Positions 37,901-54,960 of a stretch of 64,000 nucleotides of DNA are shown one piece after another. This DNA comes from the human T2T-CHM13v2.0 reference genome, Homo sapiens. Location of the stretch: assembly GCF_009914755.1 (NCBI RefSeq), contig NC_060935.1, one strand, 5' to 3'. Under the pieces are notes generated by a model. It made no database searches and was not told where the DNA came from. It saw only the letters and a list, made by a program, of their open reading frames with translations. The translations under genes and the position numbers were made by a program. Position 1 is the first letter of the stretch, and every line of letters starts with the position of its first letter.

Positions 37901-39009
37901 GGACAAACAAATTCAGGAGCCGTGGCTGTTATAAGTACTTTGACAACTTCACATAGTAAAGATTCTCCAGATATTTTTTATCTTGGTTGTTCAAATATTT
38001 GAAAGCTTTAGATTTAAAACTGATATTATGATTTGAAGATTTTTACTGCTTTCATATTTCTATAATATTTTTAAAATTATATTAGAAATTAAAAGCAAGT
38101 TGATATAGAAGAAAACAAGCATTAAAATGTTGATCTGGATCTATAGATCTGAAAGATGATGTACCAGAATTACTGGCTGTGGAATCACAGGAGGTGATTT
38201 CTGTTTTGTTTTTGAAATTCCTTAGTCATTTTTTTGAATGATGAACACTATTTTTTAACATTAAAACTTGTTTTTAACATAAGAAACACATAGTAAACAC
38301 TCCCGTTTCTTGAGCTATTTACCAGAGTTGTGAAACCTTATTTAGATAACTACGTTAATCATAAATCTATGGCTATGTGAATAATATAAATAATTCAAAG
38401 TTAATATAAGCCTTTCTTTCACAAAACACTTGGTTTTCAAAACCTAATGCAAACTCCTACTAGATAAGAATAATTCTATTCTCTTACTTTTGCAGCAGAG
38501 TGTTGTTATTTTAAATAAAGTGATTTTGAAAATTTTTCCTAAAGCCTGAACACAAGCAAAATTTGTATTTGCTTATTTACTAATGATTTTCTTCTACTCT
38601 GATAACCCTGGTTGAGTGGGTGGTTGAGTAAGTATGCTCTGGTGTGGGGGGTAGGATGTGGTTCCTGTTGGGCTTCTGTACTGAGTGACTAGGCTGACAG
38701 CTGGTTGCTTTGTTTGGGAGATTCTAAATTTTAGTGACTGTAGGTCTTTTCTCTTCTGCTGATCAGATTTTCCAGAGAATTCTCTAATCTCTCACCAGAA
38801 GATAGCAATAGGTTGCTCAGAACCAAGTCACGGAGCTGTGATCCCAGAGCACAGGATGGGGACTTGGACTTAATTGCTTTCATTTCATTTTCTCTGACCT
38901 CTGCTGTGCCTGGTAACCTAGCACCTAGGTTTTCCTGGTTGGTTTCTCCAGATAATGAATTTCTTGTCTCTTAGGAAGCATGAGGAGAGGAAGGGGTTGT
39001 GGGTGAAGC

Positions 39010-39622
39010 TGTTAGCGGAAAGGGATCTCAATCCAGACCCCAAGAGAGGGTTCTTGGACCTTGTGTAAAAACAATTTGGGGTGAGTCCATAAAGTGAAAG
39101 CAAGTTTATTAAGAAAGTAAAGGAATAAAAGAATGGCTACTCCATAGGCAGAGCAACAGCTTGGGCTGCTTGATTGATAATACTTATAATTATTTCTTGA
39201 GTATACGCTAAACTAGGGGTGTATTATGCATGAGTTTTCTGGGAAAGAGGTGGGCAATTCCCAGAGCTGAGGGTTCATCTCCTTTTTAAACCATATAGGG
39301 TAACTTCCTGACATTGCCATGGCATTTGTAAACTGTCATGGCCCTAGTGAGAGTGTCTTTTAGCATTCAAATGCATTATAAATTGTGTATAATGAGCAGT
39401 GAGGAGGACCAGAGGTCATTTTCATCGCTATCTTGGTTTTGGTCGGTTTTGGCCAGCTTCTTTATTGCAACCTGTTTTATCAGCAATGTCTTTGTGACCT
39501 GTATCTTGTGCTGACCTCCTGTCTCATCCTGTGACTTACAATGCCTAACCTCCTGTGTTTCAGCCTTATTGTACCCAGCCCCTATTCAAGATGGAGTCGC
39601 TGTGGTTCGAACACCTCTGAGA
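39010..39622 (-). mobile_element. MER41B solo LTR (copy 2)
   Basis: tgttagcggaaagggatctcaatccagaccccaagagaggg...cacctctgaga; TSD AAGC/AAAC. Confidence 0.92.
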
Positions 39623-39869
39623 AAACTAATCCTTATGCAGAATTCCAACCATTACTGCTTTTTCTATCCCATCTCTTCTGTCTTCTGGAGAAGCTGGCCA
39701 CTACTTCAGCTCCCTTGGACTATTAGGTTTCCACTTATGTTCTGTTCCATCTTTGAGCACTTGTTGACATCTCTCATCTTTGTTCTTGGGAATTTATACC
39801 TTTTTATATTTCTTTAAGCTTAAGTGGAGTTTTGGGAGTGAATATTAATTTTAAAATGAGAGAAAGATA

Positions 39870-40110
39870 AATAATGCATGGTAGTTGAAGTGTCATGCGG
39901 AGAACACTAAACTTGAGATCAAGTGACCTCAGATCAGTCTTAACTCTTTGTGACTTGTAGTGCAGCACTAGGTAAGTGGCCTGGCTTTTTAAAGCCTTTG
40001 TTTCTTATTTCCATGATAGAGGCAATATTACCCATCATATTAGGTTGTATTGAGGCTCATAAGAGAGGATGTATATGAAAAGGTTTGCCAAATGTTCTTA
40101 ATGTAATTTT
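39870..40110 (+). mobile_element. MIR
   Basis: gagatcaagtgacctcag...ggtaagtggcctggc...aggttgtattgaggctcataagagaggatgtatatgaaa. Confidence 0.55.
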
Positions 40111-40437
40111 TTAAAAACGTAACTGGAAAGTGAGATAAAACAATTTGTCTTAATTGTAGGTAATTCTGACTTTATTTTAATCTCAGTTTTCAGTAATGAG
40201 AATGAACAGTTTTCTAAACATTTTAGGTGACATTTCGTTTTAACACATTTTTATCATTAGCAAACTAGCATCATTTGAGCAATGCTAAATATAGTGATGT
40301 TATTGGGTTCCTAACAGAAAACCTCATATTCTTGAATGTTTACTTCTTTGATACTTTCATAATTTGAGTATTTATATATTTTTAAAAATTTTCAAATCTT
40401 TGTTTCCCCTGCCCGCCGCCTCTCTCTCTCTCTCTCT

Positions 40438-40746
40438 TTTTTTTTTCTTTTTTTAGGGACAGGGTATTCCTCTATCACCCAGACTGGAGTACAGTGACAA
40501 AACTGTAGCTCACCACAACCTCAATCTCCTGGGCTCAGGTGATCCTCCTGCTTCAGCCTCTTCAGTAGCTGGGACTACAGGCACATGCCACCATGCCCAG
40601 CTAAATGTCTTGAAAAATTTTTTTTTTGAAGAGATGGGGTTCTACTATGTTGCCTAGGCTGGCCTCAAACTTTTGGGCTCAAGCAGTTCTCCTGTCTCAG
40701 CCTTCCGAAGTGTTGGGATTACAGGTGTTAGCCACTTTACCTGGCC
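40438..40746 (-). mobile_element. AluJ
   Basis: gacagggt...ctcctgggctcaggtgatcctcctgcttcagcctc...ttgggattacaggtgttagccac...ggcc; (CT)n beyond the tail. Confidence 0.93.
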
Positions 40747-41749
40747 ATGTTTTCTTAATTTTACTTCTACCATAATCAGACAAATTAATATTTCTGATTC
40801 AGGAATATGTGATTTTTTTTTCTTTCAAAACAAGACAAAATATGGCTTCACAAATTTTAGCACAATTTTAGCATAAAGTCCATTTAAATGAACTGGAGCT
40901 GATCTATAAAGACAGGATAAATAGATCAGTTCCCTTTTTCCTATTTTCTGGTAGCTTGTATTATTCTAGGGTTGATTAGTTTACTGAATGAAATTTCATT
41001 AATAGAGTCAATATGTTTTTATTTAAAATACGGCAACTTAGCTTCAAAAGCATCACAGCAGCTATAGCTCAGGTTACTAATTTGATAATTAAAGCTCAGT
41101 ATTACTAACTTTTTACTTTTTTATTGCTTTAGAGATTGCTAATTTTCTTTACTTCATTCCTGTATTCTACCTTGTTATTGTTCCTAATAGCTTCCATTTA
41201 TTATACCGTTTTAGCACTCTACTAACTGCCTTACATTCTGTTTTACATTGTGTCCTCACAGTCACCCAATACATATTAAATCCTCATTTTTGAGATAAAG
41301 AGACTGATGCAAAGAAAGACTGAATCAGTTTATTCATTGTCTCAGACATTGCGTTAGGTACTAGTAGCCTGTGAGGGAGCTGAGAACAGTTTTTGTATTC
41401 TGATTTTCTAATATCAGTCCTATGTGTATTTCTCAAAAATGAATAGACAGAAAATAGCATACAGAGCTATGAGCAAACTATTCAAGGAAAGAAGAGCAAA
41501 GTATGGAGAGCTTAGAAGAATATCTCTCCTTTTGTTGGCTACTTTTTTTTGTTTTCCTTTCTTCTTTCACATTTCACTTTGGTATTTCAGGAGACTAGAA
41601 ATTAATGAGTGATTGGGACAACTGATTTCAATATGAAGAATCTTAAAGACTTAACGAAACTCTTATAAAGAGGTTTGATAGTAACTGATGAAAAGTCTCT
41701 AGCATATTTTAACTTTTTTGATATTTATTTTTTAAAAAAAGAGACAAAA

Positions 41750-42905
41750 TTTTTAATATAGATTTTGTTTTTTTGAACAGTTCAAGAATTAAAGAAAACT
41801 TGTAAAGATACTACAGAGTTCCCTAAGCTATAGTCTGAATATTTGTGTTCCCCACAAATTCATATGTTGCAATTCTTACCTCCAGTGTGATGGTATTAAG
41901 AGGTGGGACCTTTGGGAGGTGATTAGGGCATGAGGGTGAAGCAATCATGAAGGGGAAGAGTACCCTCTAAGAATTCCTAGAGAGCTTATTTGTCTCTTAT
42001 ACCAAGTGAAGATGCAGCAAGAAGGCACCATCTGTGAACCGGGAAAAAATCCTTCACCAGACATCAAATCTGCTGGAGCCTTGATCTTAGATTTCACAGC
42101 CTCCAGAACTGCAAGAAATAAATTTCTGTTGCTTATAAGCCACCTGGTTTATGGTAGTTTGTTATAGCAACCCAAGAGTACTAAGACATGATATAACCTA
42201 TACTCATTTTCTGCTGTTATTTAACATCTTACATTAGTATGGTGTATTTGTTATAATTATTGAACTAATACTGATACACAATCATTAACTAAAGTCTGTT
42301 CTTTACTCATATTTCCTTAGCTTTTACCTAATGTTCTTTTCCTGTTCCAGGATCACATCCAGGATATCACACTACATTTAGTTGTCATGTCCCTTTAGCT
42401 TCCTCTTGGCTATGACAGTTTCTCAGACTTTGTTTTTGAAGACCTTCGTGGTTTTGAGATGTATACAATCAGGTATTTTGTAGAATGCCTCTCTATTGAG
42501 TTAGCTTGATGTTTTTCTCATGGTTAACTTAAGTTATGGGTTTCGGGGAGGAAGACTACAGAGGTAAAGTGCCATTTTCATTATGTCATGTCAAGGGTAT
42601 GTACTATCAATATGATTTTTCATTGTTGATGTTGACCTCCATTACCTGGCTGTGTTTACAGATTTCTCCATTGTAAAGTTACTCATTTTTTCCTTTTGCC
42701 ATGCTGTACTCTTTGGGAGGAAGTCACTAAGCACAGTGCATACTTAAGGAGTAGGGAGTTACACTGCCTTCATTGGGGGTGGAATATCTACATAATTAAT
42801 TTGGAATTTTTCTACACAGGCAATTCGTCTCTTCTCCATTTATTTGTTTGTCCAATCTTTTATTTATATCAGTATGGACTCATGGATATTTATTTATACT
42901 TAAGA
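41750..42905 (-). mobile_element. L1MC-type 3'UTR interrupted by MLT1A
   Basis: aacatcttacattagtatggtgtatttgttata...ccaggatcacatccaggatatcacactacatttagttgtcatg. Confidence 0.7.
41826..42188 (+). mobile_element. MLT1A0-like MaLR solo LTR
   Basis: gctatagtctgaatatttgtgttcccc...cagcctccagaactgcaagaaataaatttctgttg...ctaagaca. Confidence 0.85.
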
Positions 42906-42956
42906 ACGATTGTTTTTGTTTTACTGCTTCTTGATTTTGAATCATAGTTAGTGAGA

Positions 42957-43019
42957 TTTTCCCACTACATTTTATTATAACCAAGGTTTTCCCACTGCAT
43001 TTTATTATAACCAAGGTTT
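42957..43019. repeat. 30-bp tandem duplication
   Basis: ttttcccact(a/g)cattttattataaccaagg twice, with one mismatch. Confidence 0.95.
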
Positions 43020-43178
43020 ATCTAATACCGCATTGTTTTATTTTTACCTTTAAATACCAACCCTATTTGGAATTTACTGTAATATGCAGCATTATTTCAA
43101 ATTTATTATAATATCTACAGCATAAAGTAGGGACTCAAATATTAATTCCAGACATATTTTTTTAAGATCTCTATTTTG

Positions 43179-44202
<1,024 letters not shown>

Positions 44203-45019
44203 GAATTCTTACAGGCATCAGTTAAAAATTGCCCAAATGACTTATTAACTTTCTTAAACCTGCATCTCCTCATATCTCAGTAAATGGTATGAGCACATAA
44301 TTTGCCAGAGTCAAAAATCTGAGTATCACCTTCAAACTTCTTACTCTTCCCCTATTAAATCACCAATCCCTGTTGAACTTATATCCAGAATTGTCTAAAA
44401 TATATTTAGCTCTTTTTTGCTGCCATTGCCCTAATCTTGGCCACTACTATCATTTTCTTTGATCACTGTAATTCTGCTCTGCTCTTCATGCACAAGACAA
44501 ATTCGTGCCCTCAAGAATCTCATATATTGGTGTAAGAGATAGAAAATAAATGTGCAAATATATATATATATATGTATAGGCATATAATTTTTTAGATGAT
44601 GAGATGATACTATAATCAAAGTTGTAAATTTTGCTGTAGGGAGGTCAATTTAATATTACTGAGGAGTTTAGAAAGAGGAAAGAAGACTGAACGTAAGATC
44701 AGTTAATGAATAAAAAGTAATGAAGGCTGGAATAATGGCAGTGGTGGAAGGAAATCATAGATTTTTAAAAATAAATTAAAAATTTGTATTTTTGTATTTC
44801 AAAAGAAATATATTTAGAAAATTTAAAAAATATAGATAGACTTGAGGAAGACAAAAAAATTTCTCCTGTAATCCTGCTGTTAAACTGTTAATCTCTTGGC
44901 TTGTATCTTTCCAAGGTGTTGCTTGTGTTTATACAGTTTTTCTTTTCTTACAGAATTACAATCATACTATTTGTATTTTGTCATATTTAGCAAAAGTTTT
45001 AAATGTCTTTTTCTCTAAT

Positions 45020-45550
45020 GCAGTCATTAAAAGCCTGACTCTGGAACCACAGTGTCTGAGTCAGAATCCTTGCCTTACGATTTTTACTAGCTATGCCCTT
45101 GGGCATGTTACTCTACTCCTCTGTGTACCAGTTTCCTCATCTATAAAATTAGTACAGGAGTATAATAAGGGTTAAATCAGTTAATATTAGGAAATGTTTA
45201 GAATAGCATGTGGTACCTAATAAGTATTTCTTATCATTACCATTCACTCCTTTACACTATTAATTTTTATTGATTGTATAGTATTGCATCATATGGTATG
45301 CAGTCTCAGGAGACAGTATTATGTGTGGTCTTTGTGGCCAAGTGGACTTGGCTAACCTGTCAGTTATTATCTATCTGACCTTTAGCAGTTGACCTTAGCT
45401 CTGTGAGATTCAGTTGCCTTACATGTAAAATGGAATTATGATATTACTGTGTATGGTTTTTGTAAAAAAGGAAACATCCATATGAAATAACAACTTAGAA
45501 AACTGCCTGGCAAGAAATACACACTTGATAAATACTACCTGTTATTCTTG
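45020..45550 (+). mobile_element. Two adjacent MIR copies
   Basis: gactctggaaccacagtgtctgagtcagaatcc...cagtttcctcatctataaaat and gacctttagcagttgacc...cagttgccttacatgtaaaatgg. Confidence 0.65.
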
Positions 45551-47954
45551 TCAAAGTGGAATAGCTGGATAATGGACATCAAAAGTCTAAACTTTTCAAT
45601 AATATTTTCAAAATTGAGAAGGCATAAGTTGATAAACTTTTTGCCTTTCTTTTATAAATATAATAATTCTTAGATGGATACACTAGAAGGACAGTTCTGT
45701 ATGAATAAAAGCTGAATTCCCATTGTAGTAATTTCTTGGTCTTCCACATTGTTAATTTAAGATATTTGGTAAGTCCTTTTATAAATAAACACTGACAGTG
45801 TGTGAAAGAATATATATATTTGAAGTTTGAAAATACATAAACTTTGTGTTAAAATAGTAAAATGCAATATATGTTTTGTAAAGAAGGAATTAGCATCTGA
45901 CATTTTATTATGAATACAGATTTCCATCAGTGAATAAGGCTTCCAATTGAAAAGATTTAGTAGAGTTAGATTTTTAAAAAAAGTACTTGGCCTGAAATCA
46001 AGAAAAATGCTGGTTTCTTCAAAGATGATTGAAACAAATGTCTTCAAATTTGAAACATTTGCTGGCAAAGCAGATGTTTCATTCGAGACAAGTGTTTTAG
46101 GTTGTGTGAAGACTCCAAGTAAAATGTTTTCTATGCATGTAAAAAGCTGTATTTAATATGAAATATGGCAATGTAGGCCCAACATTTAAGTTGTATGGAT
46201 TAGGTAAGAAAAAGTGATTTTTTGGGAAAATCAGAATATAGAACTCTGGGGATTTGAAAGTTATATTACTTACATGATGAAACGAATTAGGAAAGTATTT
46301 GATGTTGAATGTTTTCTACATTTAATTTATTAATTTTCATGATTCTTTTGGCGTTGGTTTCCTCATCTGATATAATGAAAGCGTTGGAGTCTATTGGAAA
46401 TTAGATCTGCTAGAGTTTTTTTGGGTCCTTAGCAGGAGCATTTAATGTGAAATCCTGAAGAGAGGTCAATAGTTCTAGTTACTTCAGATAACTGAGTGGA
46501 TGGATAGATAGATGGATTAAAAACAAAAGTTTAATAACCCTTCATGAATTTATTGTAAGGCTATGGGACAAAATTGAAGACATAAGCATAATCGAAGACA
46601 GTTACTCTTATTATATTATTACATTGCTGATTTGGTTGGGACTTAAACACTTTTGATCTCAGGAAAAGAAAGAATATTTAACCCAAGTTACCTTCTTTTT
46701 ACTTTCCATAGAGGTTAGAAGTGATTTGATGAGTGGCTGCCCAATTTGCATGAGTTATCATTTGCCTGCCCAGACATTCTACTGAGAAGTTTACAGGCAG
46801 CGTGGTTGTCTATTCAGGAATATGCCATTATGAATACCCATACACATACACACATTCACTCCTCATAAACCAGCATTCTTTTAGGTGGCAATATATCATT
46901 AACATTTTTATATTAGTAAACATAAGTAAACAAAACCTGTTTACTGGAGAATACTCTGCCATAAAAATGTATCAGTTATTTTAACAATTCGCTGCTATTA
47001 GAAATTTACTTTGTCTCCATTTTGGGTATTATCTGTAGTGTTGCAATCAAAATTATTAACTCATGTAATTATTTCACTGGGATTAATTATTTGAGGTGCA
47101 CCAAAGGTAACGTACATTTTATTGTGTTTGATATATGTTGCTAAATTGCCCTCCAGAAAATATCTACCAGTTGACATTCTATTAGCAGTATTATCATTAC
47201 TCTTTCCCTACAAGGCCAGATATTAATAGTCTGGTTTTTTTTGGTCAAGAACACTATTTTTACATTTTAATGTGCTTTCCCTTAGTGTATGTGAAGTGTA
47301 ACATTTAATCATTTGTCTGTATGTGTTACTTTTTAATAGTCCCATTTTTCAAAATTTAAGTGTTAATCTTTTTATTGTTTTGAATAAAAACATTATTTAC
47401 ATTAATACTTTCAAATCTTATTCATTGCGAATATTTTACCCAGTTTAAAAAGATTTATGTGTAAATATTCCTTATAGGTTTCGTATATGTGTATGTTTCA
47501 GAAATTCTCATTTTTATGAACCAATTTGGTGATTTTTTTGACATCATCAAGAAAACAAGAAGTACAAATTGTTTTCAGACTAGGGTAGACTTTCTGTACT
47601 CCAGAACTATAATGATTGATACTCACTTGTATTTTCTTCTTGCACTTTGTTTTTATACTATTTGTAATCTGTTATTTTTACCCAATTTATGATAAAAGAA
47701 AACATTTCCCCTCTCTGATTTAAATAGAGAGAGAAAATGCACACACCTGTGTGCACACATGGGTTTGTGTGTGTATTTTGAATCTAATCTGGAAATGTTT
47801 TAATTAGAGTTTTTAGTTCAGTTGCGTTTAATATCGTCACTGATCAATGTGGGTTGAAGTCTATAATCTTATGTTTTTCCCCCTATTTGTATGGCTTAAA
47901 TACATATTATATTTACCCTCTGTTAATTTTTCATTATGCGTTATTTTTTCTGTA

Positions 47955-48655
47955 ACAGTTTTTTATTAAGTGAAGTCTAGAATGCATGTATAAAAATACA
48001 GACGTTTTAAGTGTACCATTCTATGATTTTTTAAATGAATACCCTCTTGTAATTACTACTCAAATGAAGATATGTAACATCTCTCACTCAGAAAGCCTGT
48101 CTCAAACATAACTACTTTTCTTACTCTGTCACTTTCTTTTCCTTGTTTTTGAATTTCATTCACATGAAATCATAAACTAATTTATGGCTGGCTTTCTGCA
48201 TTCAACATGTTTGTGATAGTCATCTATATTGTTGATGGGATTAGTAGTTCATTCTTTTTTAAAATTGCAGTAATCTATTATATGGCTATACAGCAATTTA
48301 TTTGTCCATTCTCCTGTTGATGGGCTTGTGGATATTTTCTAGTTTTGTTTATTATGAATAAAGCTCATATGAACATCCTCATATGTATTTTTTGGGTGGT
48401 CATAGGCACTCGTTTTCCAGGAGCATATAGCTAATAGTAGAATTATTGATTCACTTTAGGAAATAGAGCCAAGCAGTGTTATGAAGTGGTTGAATCTCTT
48501 TACATTTGTATCAGCAGCGTATGAGAGTTCCAGTTGTTTCACATATGCAATGCGACTTAGCATTGACAATATTTTTTAATGTTATCCTTTCTGGTGTATG
48601 GTATGTCATTGGTATTAATTTGTATTTACTTGATGAATGATGATATTAAGTACCC
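47955..48655 (-). mobile_element. Old L1M (ME/MB-type) 3' fragment
   Basis: tgtccattctcctgttgatgggc...tatgaataaagct...cagcagcgtatgagagttccagttg. Confidence 0.7.
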
Positions 48656-49886
48656 CTGAGAAACTCAAATGGTCTAAAGTTGGGATCTTTATTATCTCCT
48701 CACCCATACCTTCCACTTTTCAGTTAACAAAGCTATAATCCTACTCAGTTGTTAAACCAGGAATCTATATTGTCTTGTCTGAGTACTATGGTAGACCATA
48801 ATGTTCTGTAAGAGTACAAATTATGTTTTGTTGTTGAGTGAATGAATGAGCAAATGAACCCTTGACTCCTATGCATCCTTTTCAAATTGATGTGTTTTTA
48901 TAATTTTATATAACAGACATTTTAAAATGTTTTCTCTCTGATATCACTGCTATCACCTTAATCTTTGAACAATCCTGGATTCAGCAGAAGCGAATTAAAA
49001 ATAATCTGGCCAATTTTGTTGTGAAACTAGAGCTGTCTAAAATATAGTCTGTTTTTATTTATTACTTTTGAAAAAGTAATCTAAAACTGTAATTAGTTGT
49101 CTGCTTTTCCTTCCCTTTTGACTTGTTTGGTCTAGTCAATGAGAACTATTTTTAAATAAGGACTAGAACTAAGAAGGGCCTGAAACCTCTGTCGTTTAAG
49201 GATGCTAGTGTTTATCAGAAACATATTTAACAAACTATGGCAACCTTTTCTTTGTACTTCTCTTCAACCTTTCTTTGTACTACTTCCCTCTTAAGAATTA
49301 GTATGCAATTTCTTAGTAGTCTTGTTTTCTGAGATGACAAAAAGTGAGGTAGGAACAAGGTGATTTTGATAAGAAATACAAATGAAAAGAATAGTATATT
49401 TGAAATACCAATTTCCCCAGTCCTGTGGTACTGGTATTTTAATTTTTTTAGGTTTTCGACTGGTAGACTCTAGGACTTAAATAAGAAAAATGAACTCTGA
49501 CAACTGCCATTAAGTGTTTGTTATCAGTTTATTTTCAGTTATTGTTGGTAAAGAGAGTAAAAACATGAATAAATGAAATGTACATGCACGTTAAATCTTT
49601 CAGATTTTTTGCTAGGTTTCGTTTTCTACTTCTCAACTCTGACAGTAGCCACTGGGAGGTAATAATATTGACTGATGCCAATTTGTTTTCTCTCCTTTCC
49701 TCTTTGTCCTGTGGAGCTAGAAAATAATGAAAAGTCAAGATAAATAATAAAGAAAAATATGTATGCCCAGAGGAATGAGTAGTCGATTATAAAACATATG
49801 GTCTGTATACATATGTACACAGGGATATCAATGAGTCACAATAAATTTTAAGTAATTTTTTGCTAATACTAAAGATAACACGTTTA

Positions 49887-53244
<3,358 letters not shown>

Positions 53245-54394
53245 GATAACACGTTTAAATACTTAGTACAGTACTTAGCTTACAATTATCAACAAGCATT
53301 ATGTATTACTATATATTGAAACATTTTAAAATTTCAAAAATTATGATTGATTAAAGTTAATGCTATGTTAATATATCACTTAATAACTTGCAGATATGTC
53401 CATATCTGTTCTTATGCGAAAGGAAAATGTTAAATAATAAGGACTAGTTAAAAATGAAAAATAAAGGATATTTTATATTCTCTACAGAGTAGGCCTCTAG
53501 GAGTATATGTGTGTTGCATGAAAGCTATTTGCTATTGCATGTATCCAAGGAAAATACCAGATCATTGAGAATGGTCTGATAGACAGTTCCTGAGTAAAGG
53601 AAATATATTGAAAGTTTATTTTTAATTATGAGTCCCACCTAATCCACATTTTACATAATGTGTTGAATGTTAACATATATAAGAAAATGGATATTGCATT
53701 TTTAAAAATTATAAGGTTACTGTTTTATATAGAGTCTTTAACTGTTTTCTAATTTTGAAGTCAATCTACAGTGGTCCCTTAAATTATATATAAACTCTGT
53801 AGAACCAGGGATCATATCTTTTCTATATTTGTTTAATATAATGTATGGTAAATAGCTGTTCACTGATTGTTTTCTGGATTAAATTGAATCCCATTTTAAA
53901 TAACGAAACACTAGAATTAAAAAGAAAGGCAGCTAGAGTACAGATTTTTTTTTAAACAATATTTAATTTTTCATTAGACTGTTTTGGGTTCAAATCCCAG
54001 CCCTGCTTCCTTAAAAGCTTGGGCAAATTGCTTGGTCTTGAGCCTTGGTTTCTGTGCCTGTGCTTATAAGTTATTGTTAATATTTGGATAGATAATAAAA
54101 GTTATCTTTTAGAATAGACTAAATATATACAAATCATCTTCAAAAGTTACTAGTATATTATAACTGTCAACCAATTAGTAGCTGTTGCCATCAATTTTAT
54201 TAGTGATAGTTCAGGATCAACTTCAGTTTGCGGTGAAACAAAAGAAATATGTTGATTGTTCTTTAATCCACTTAGAAGTAAAATAATGGATTGATTATTT
54301 CCCTTTGATGCTTTTAGGTTTTAAATTGTTTTATCTTGTATTCTAAAGTCCCAGGCCAAAGCAAAGTGAATTATTCTAATTCTGTATGTTATTT

Positions 54395-54960
54395 ATTTAT
54401 TCACTTAATAAATATTTTTAGAGCTTTAATCATGTTTCAGGTCTTGTTCGCAGCCTTGAAGATATAACAGTTAACATGAAAATATCTATGTTTTCATGGA
54501 GTTTCTGATGTATTTGGGGAGATATAATTAATATATAAATAAATATATAAATATACACACGTATCTAATATATATACATATATTTTTAAAATATATGTGT
54601 GCATTCATTTTTATAAATATGTAGTGGAATTATGAGTCCTGTTTAGCAATGTTAAGTTTTAGATGCATAGTAGAAATCCAAATAGAGAAATGTTAAACAT
54701 GGTATCTTTGGGTTTGGGGGTCTAATGAACAAATGAAAGGTTAGGCCATAGAAACTGTTTAAAGCTATGGCCAGGAAAGACAGTAATTCAGGGAACAAAT
54801 CATCCACTATAATAAATGCCATGGTCAAGTAAGATAAGAACTGTATTTTGCTTAAATAGAAGTCATTGCTGATTTTGTAAGATGTTTCAGGGAAATGATT
54901 GAGTTTGAAAAGCTGATTGGAATGAGAGAATATTATAAGAACAGCAAGTATAGCCAACCT
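54395..54960 (-). mobile_element. L2 fragments
   Basis: ttcacttaataaatatttttagagc...catggagtttctg...; later ttgctgattttgtaagatgtttcaggg...agtatagccaacct. Confidence 0.5.
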
